IMG/VR virus record: IMGVR_UViG_3300033562_002112
Coordinates: 1-37,430 of that record
Strand: one strand, 5' to 3'
Length of the DNA stretch: 37,430 nt
Source of the DNA: a virus
Taxonomy: Duplodnaviria; Caudoviricetes
The translations under genes were made by a program, and so were the position numbers. The notes below the pieces were generated by a model, which did no database searches, was not told the origin of the DNA, and saw only the letters and a list, made by a program, of their open reading frames with translations. Shown in pieces: positions 35,541 to 37,430 of this stretch (the first letter of the stretch is position 1; every line of letters begins with the position of its first letter).

Positions 35541-37430
35541 ATGAATCAAACTCAAAATTTATCCATGAGACAAGCAACTCCAAATGAAATGGGATTAACT
35601 TCCATTACATCTATGTTTGCTGAAATTTCACAAAATACTGTTTCTGGAAGTAAATTTTTAGATTCGTTACAAAAAAATTTTGATAAATTAAACATTTTCA
35701 TTGGGGAATCAATTAGCAGTTTATTGCCAACATTTAGTTTGGATTATTTTAAGAAAAAAGACAAACATAATTTTTTGATGAATAATATTTCAGATAAATT
35801 AAATCAATTAACTGAATATTTTTTATCTCAATCAAAACCTGTTGAAAATAATGTTCCTGAAATATTAAATACTTCAATAGTATCTCCAATAATACAACCA
35901 ACAACAATTGTTCCAACCAACACAGAAGTTTCTCCAGAAATATTACCTCCGACAATTAACAACACGAATAAAAAAACAAAAGAAAATGATTTTAAAGTTG
36001 GTGGTATTCCTGAATTAACAGAATTTATAAAAACTATTTCGAAAGAATTAAATAAAAAATTATTCAATAAAATGAATGATTTCAATATTTCATTGGAAAA
36101 AATGCTTAGTTTTGATGAAAAAAAAGCTGAAAGTTTTGGTAATGGTATTGGAAAATTAAATAAAATTCTCGAAAATCTTGTGAAATATTTAAAACCAGCA
36201 GCTATTTCTATTCTTGGTTTAGTTGCTGGATTTTTCTTACTTGGAATGATAACAAAAACACCTGCTATTATTCTTAGTTTAATTACACTCACAATATTTA
36301 TATGGGGATTAACAAAAGTATTAGGTGATAAAATTTTACCTAATAATATGATGCAATTTAGTGCAGGTATACTAATATTAGTGGGAGCAATGTTCGCAAT
36401 AACATTTGTACCATTTGCATCTATATTTAAAATGATTACTTTTATTGGATTACTTGGATTTGTATTTCGATCACATATTGGTAAAGCAAGTTTACCAATG
36501 CAAATGATACAATTTGCTACTGGAATAGCTATTTTAACATTAGCTTTATTTGCATTTACAGAAATTCCATTTATGGCTATATTCAAAATGATAACTTTTA
36601 TTGGTTTATTTGGATTAGTTTTGAAAATGATTAATAAACCAGGTACTTTTGGACCAGGTCCAAAAATGTCAGCAATTTTATCTTTTGGAATGGGGCTTGG
36701 TATTATGGTACTTGCATTATTTGCCTTTAATGAAGTTCCTTGGGATGCGGTCGCAAAATTATTAGTTTTTATTGGAATACTTGGTTTGGAAATTATAATG
36801 ATTAATAAACTTTCTGGTGGTGCTGGATTTACTAAAGGACTTCCAGGATTTGCTTTTGGATTAGGTTTATTAGTTCTTGCAATGTTTGCAATGAATGAAC
36901 TTCCATGGCAAGCACTTGGCACTACATTATTGTTTTTAGGTGGTTTAGGAATTGTGTTAAAACTATTTGGTCCAAAAACCGGAATAACAATGGCTTTAGT
37001 TGGTGGTGGTATATTAGCAATATCAGCAGCTTTTTGGGTATTCAAACAAACAAATTTCACCGTAAATGATGCTCTTATTTTTGCTGGTTCATTAGCAATT
37101 ATTGGAGCAGTTATACTTTTATTTGGTATTCCTGCTGTTGCTGGATTATTAATAGTTGGTAGTATAGCATTAATTGGTATTTCGATTGCATCAATTTTAA
37201 TAGCTTTATCATTATCATTAATTTCAACAATAAAAATATCTTATAAAAAAGTAGGTAATTTTGTTTTAGCTGTTGGAATTTTAGCCCTTGGTTTTGCAGC
37301 GATTGCAATTCCTGCTGTTCCTGGTTTAATTGGTGCCATATTATTTTTACCAATAACATTAAGTGCTTTATTAGCTGCCGGAACAATAGCATTAATTTCA
37401 ATAATTAAAATAAATAATTCTTCTGTAATA
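35541..37430 (+). CDS. Tape-measure-like protein with hydrophobic repeats (3' truncated; not in ORF track)
   Basis: Manual translation from ATG 35541 is open for 630 codons to the edge (MNQTQNLSMRQATPNEMG...). From about residue 220 it is G/A/L/I/F-rich with repeats of about 50-56 aa. Downstream of tube and chaperone genes. Confidence 0.75.
   Translation, partial: MNQTQNLSMRQATPNEMGLTSITSMFAEISQNTVSGSKFLDSLQKNFDKLNIFIGESISSLLPTFSLDYFKKKDKHNFLMNNISDKLNQLTEYFLSQSKPVENNVPEILNTSIVSPIIQPTTIVPTNTEVSPEILPPTINNTNKKTKENDFKVGGIPELTEFIKTISKELNKKLFNKMNDFNISLEKMLSFDEKKAESFGNGIGKLNKILENLVKYLKPAAISILGLVAGFFLLGMITKTPAIILSLITLTIFIWGLTKVLGDKILPNNMMQFSAGILILVGAMFAITFVPFASIFKMITFIGLLGFVFRSHIGKASLPMQMIQFATGIAILTLALFAFTEIPFMAIFKMITFIGLFGLVLKMINKPGTFGPGPKMSAILSFGMGLGIMVLALFAFNEVPWDAVAKLLVFIGILGLEIIMINKLSGGAGFTKGLPGFAFGLGLLVLAMFAMNELPWQALGTTLLFLGGLGIVLKLFGPKTGITMALVGGGILAISAAFWVFKQTNFTVNDALIFAGSLAIIGAVILLFGIPAVAGLLIVGSIALIGISIASILIALSLSLISTIKISYKKVGNFVLAVGILALGFAAIAIPAVPGLIGAILFLPITLSALLAAGTIALISIIKINNSSVI

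Noticed and set aside
35828-37060. 410-aa minus-strand ORF in the track
   Set aside because: Antisense shadow of the plus-strand tape-measure-like CDS, with a complementary-codon composition rich in N/P/K/I/A; it opposes the operon direction.
1-37430. CRISPR arrays, tRNA/rRNA genes, introns, inteins, DGR template/variable repeats, integrase
   Set aside because: Intergenic gaps are at most 132 bp and AT-rich; no spaced repeats, cloverleafs, reverse transcriptase or splicing motifs were recognised. A DGR or invertible system outside the window cannot be excluded.

Overview
Very AT-rich window (roughly a quarter G+C by eye) from the virion morphogenesis region of a large, probably jumbo, myophage with distantly T4-like architecture. 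The host is most likely Bacteroidota: there are no Shine-Dalgarno motifs at gene starts and A is at -3 in 24 of 30 starts. Two divergent transcription units meet at 6773-6904. Leftward: a hypothetical gene, gp25-like and gp6-like baseplate wedge genes, and fibre/appendage genes. Rightward: a tube-initiator-like gene, gp5-like spike, wedge protein, RuvC-like resolvase, ferritin-like protein, two membrane proteins (one holin-like), gp13-like neck, GNAT acetyltransferase, three large structural proteins, gp14-like neck, candidate small terminase, tail sheath, tail tube, a gp26/gp51-like chaperone pair and a very hydrophobic tape-measure-like gene truncated by the window edge. Two real CDSs (1-412 and 35541-37430) are missing from the supplied ORF track because they run off the ends. 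Two signals stand out. (1) Strong RNA hairpins are embedded about 19-42 nt downstream of the start codon in many genes, especially those following sheath, tube, spike and fibre genes, with G-U pairs favouring the mRNA strand. (2) At 32913-33069, two chaperone-like ORFs overlap in the +1 frame, with a GC-rich dual-coding stretch, internal GGAGG motifs, the window's only TGA stop and a perfect 21-bp GAAA-loop hairpin, a candidate recoding or translational-coupling cassette. All product calls come from motif recognition and synteny, not database searches.
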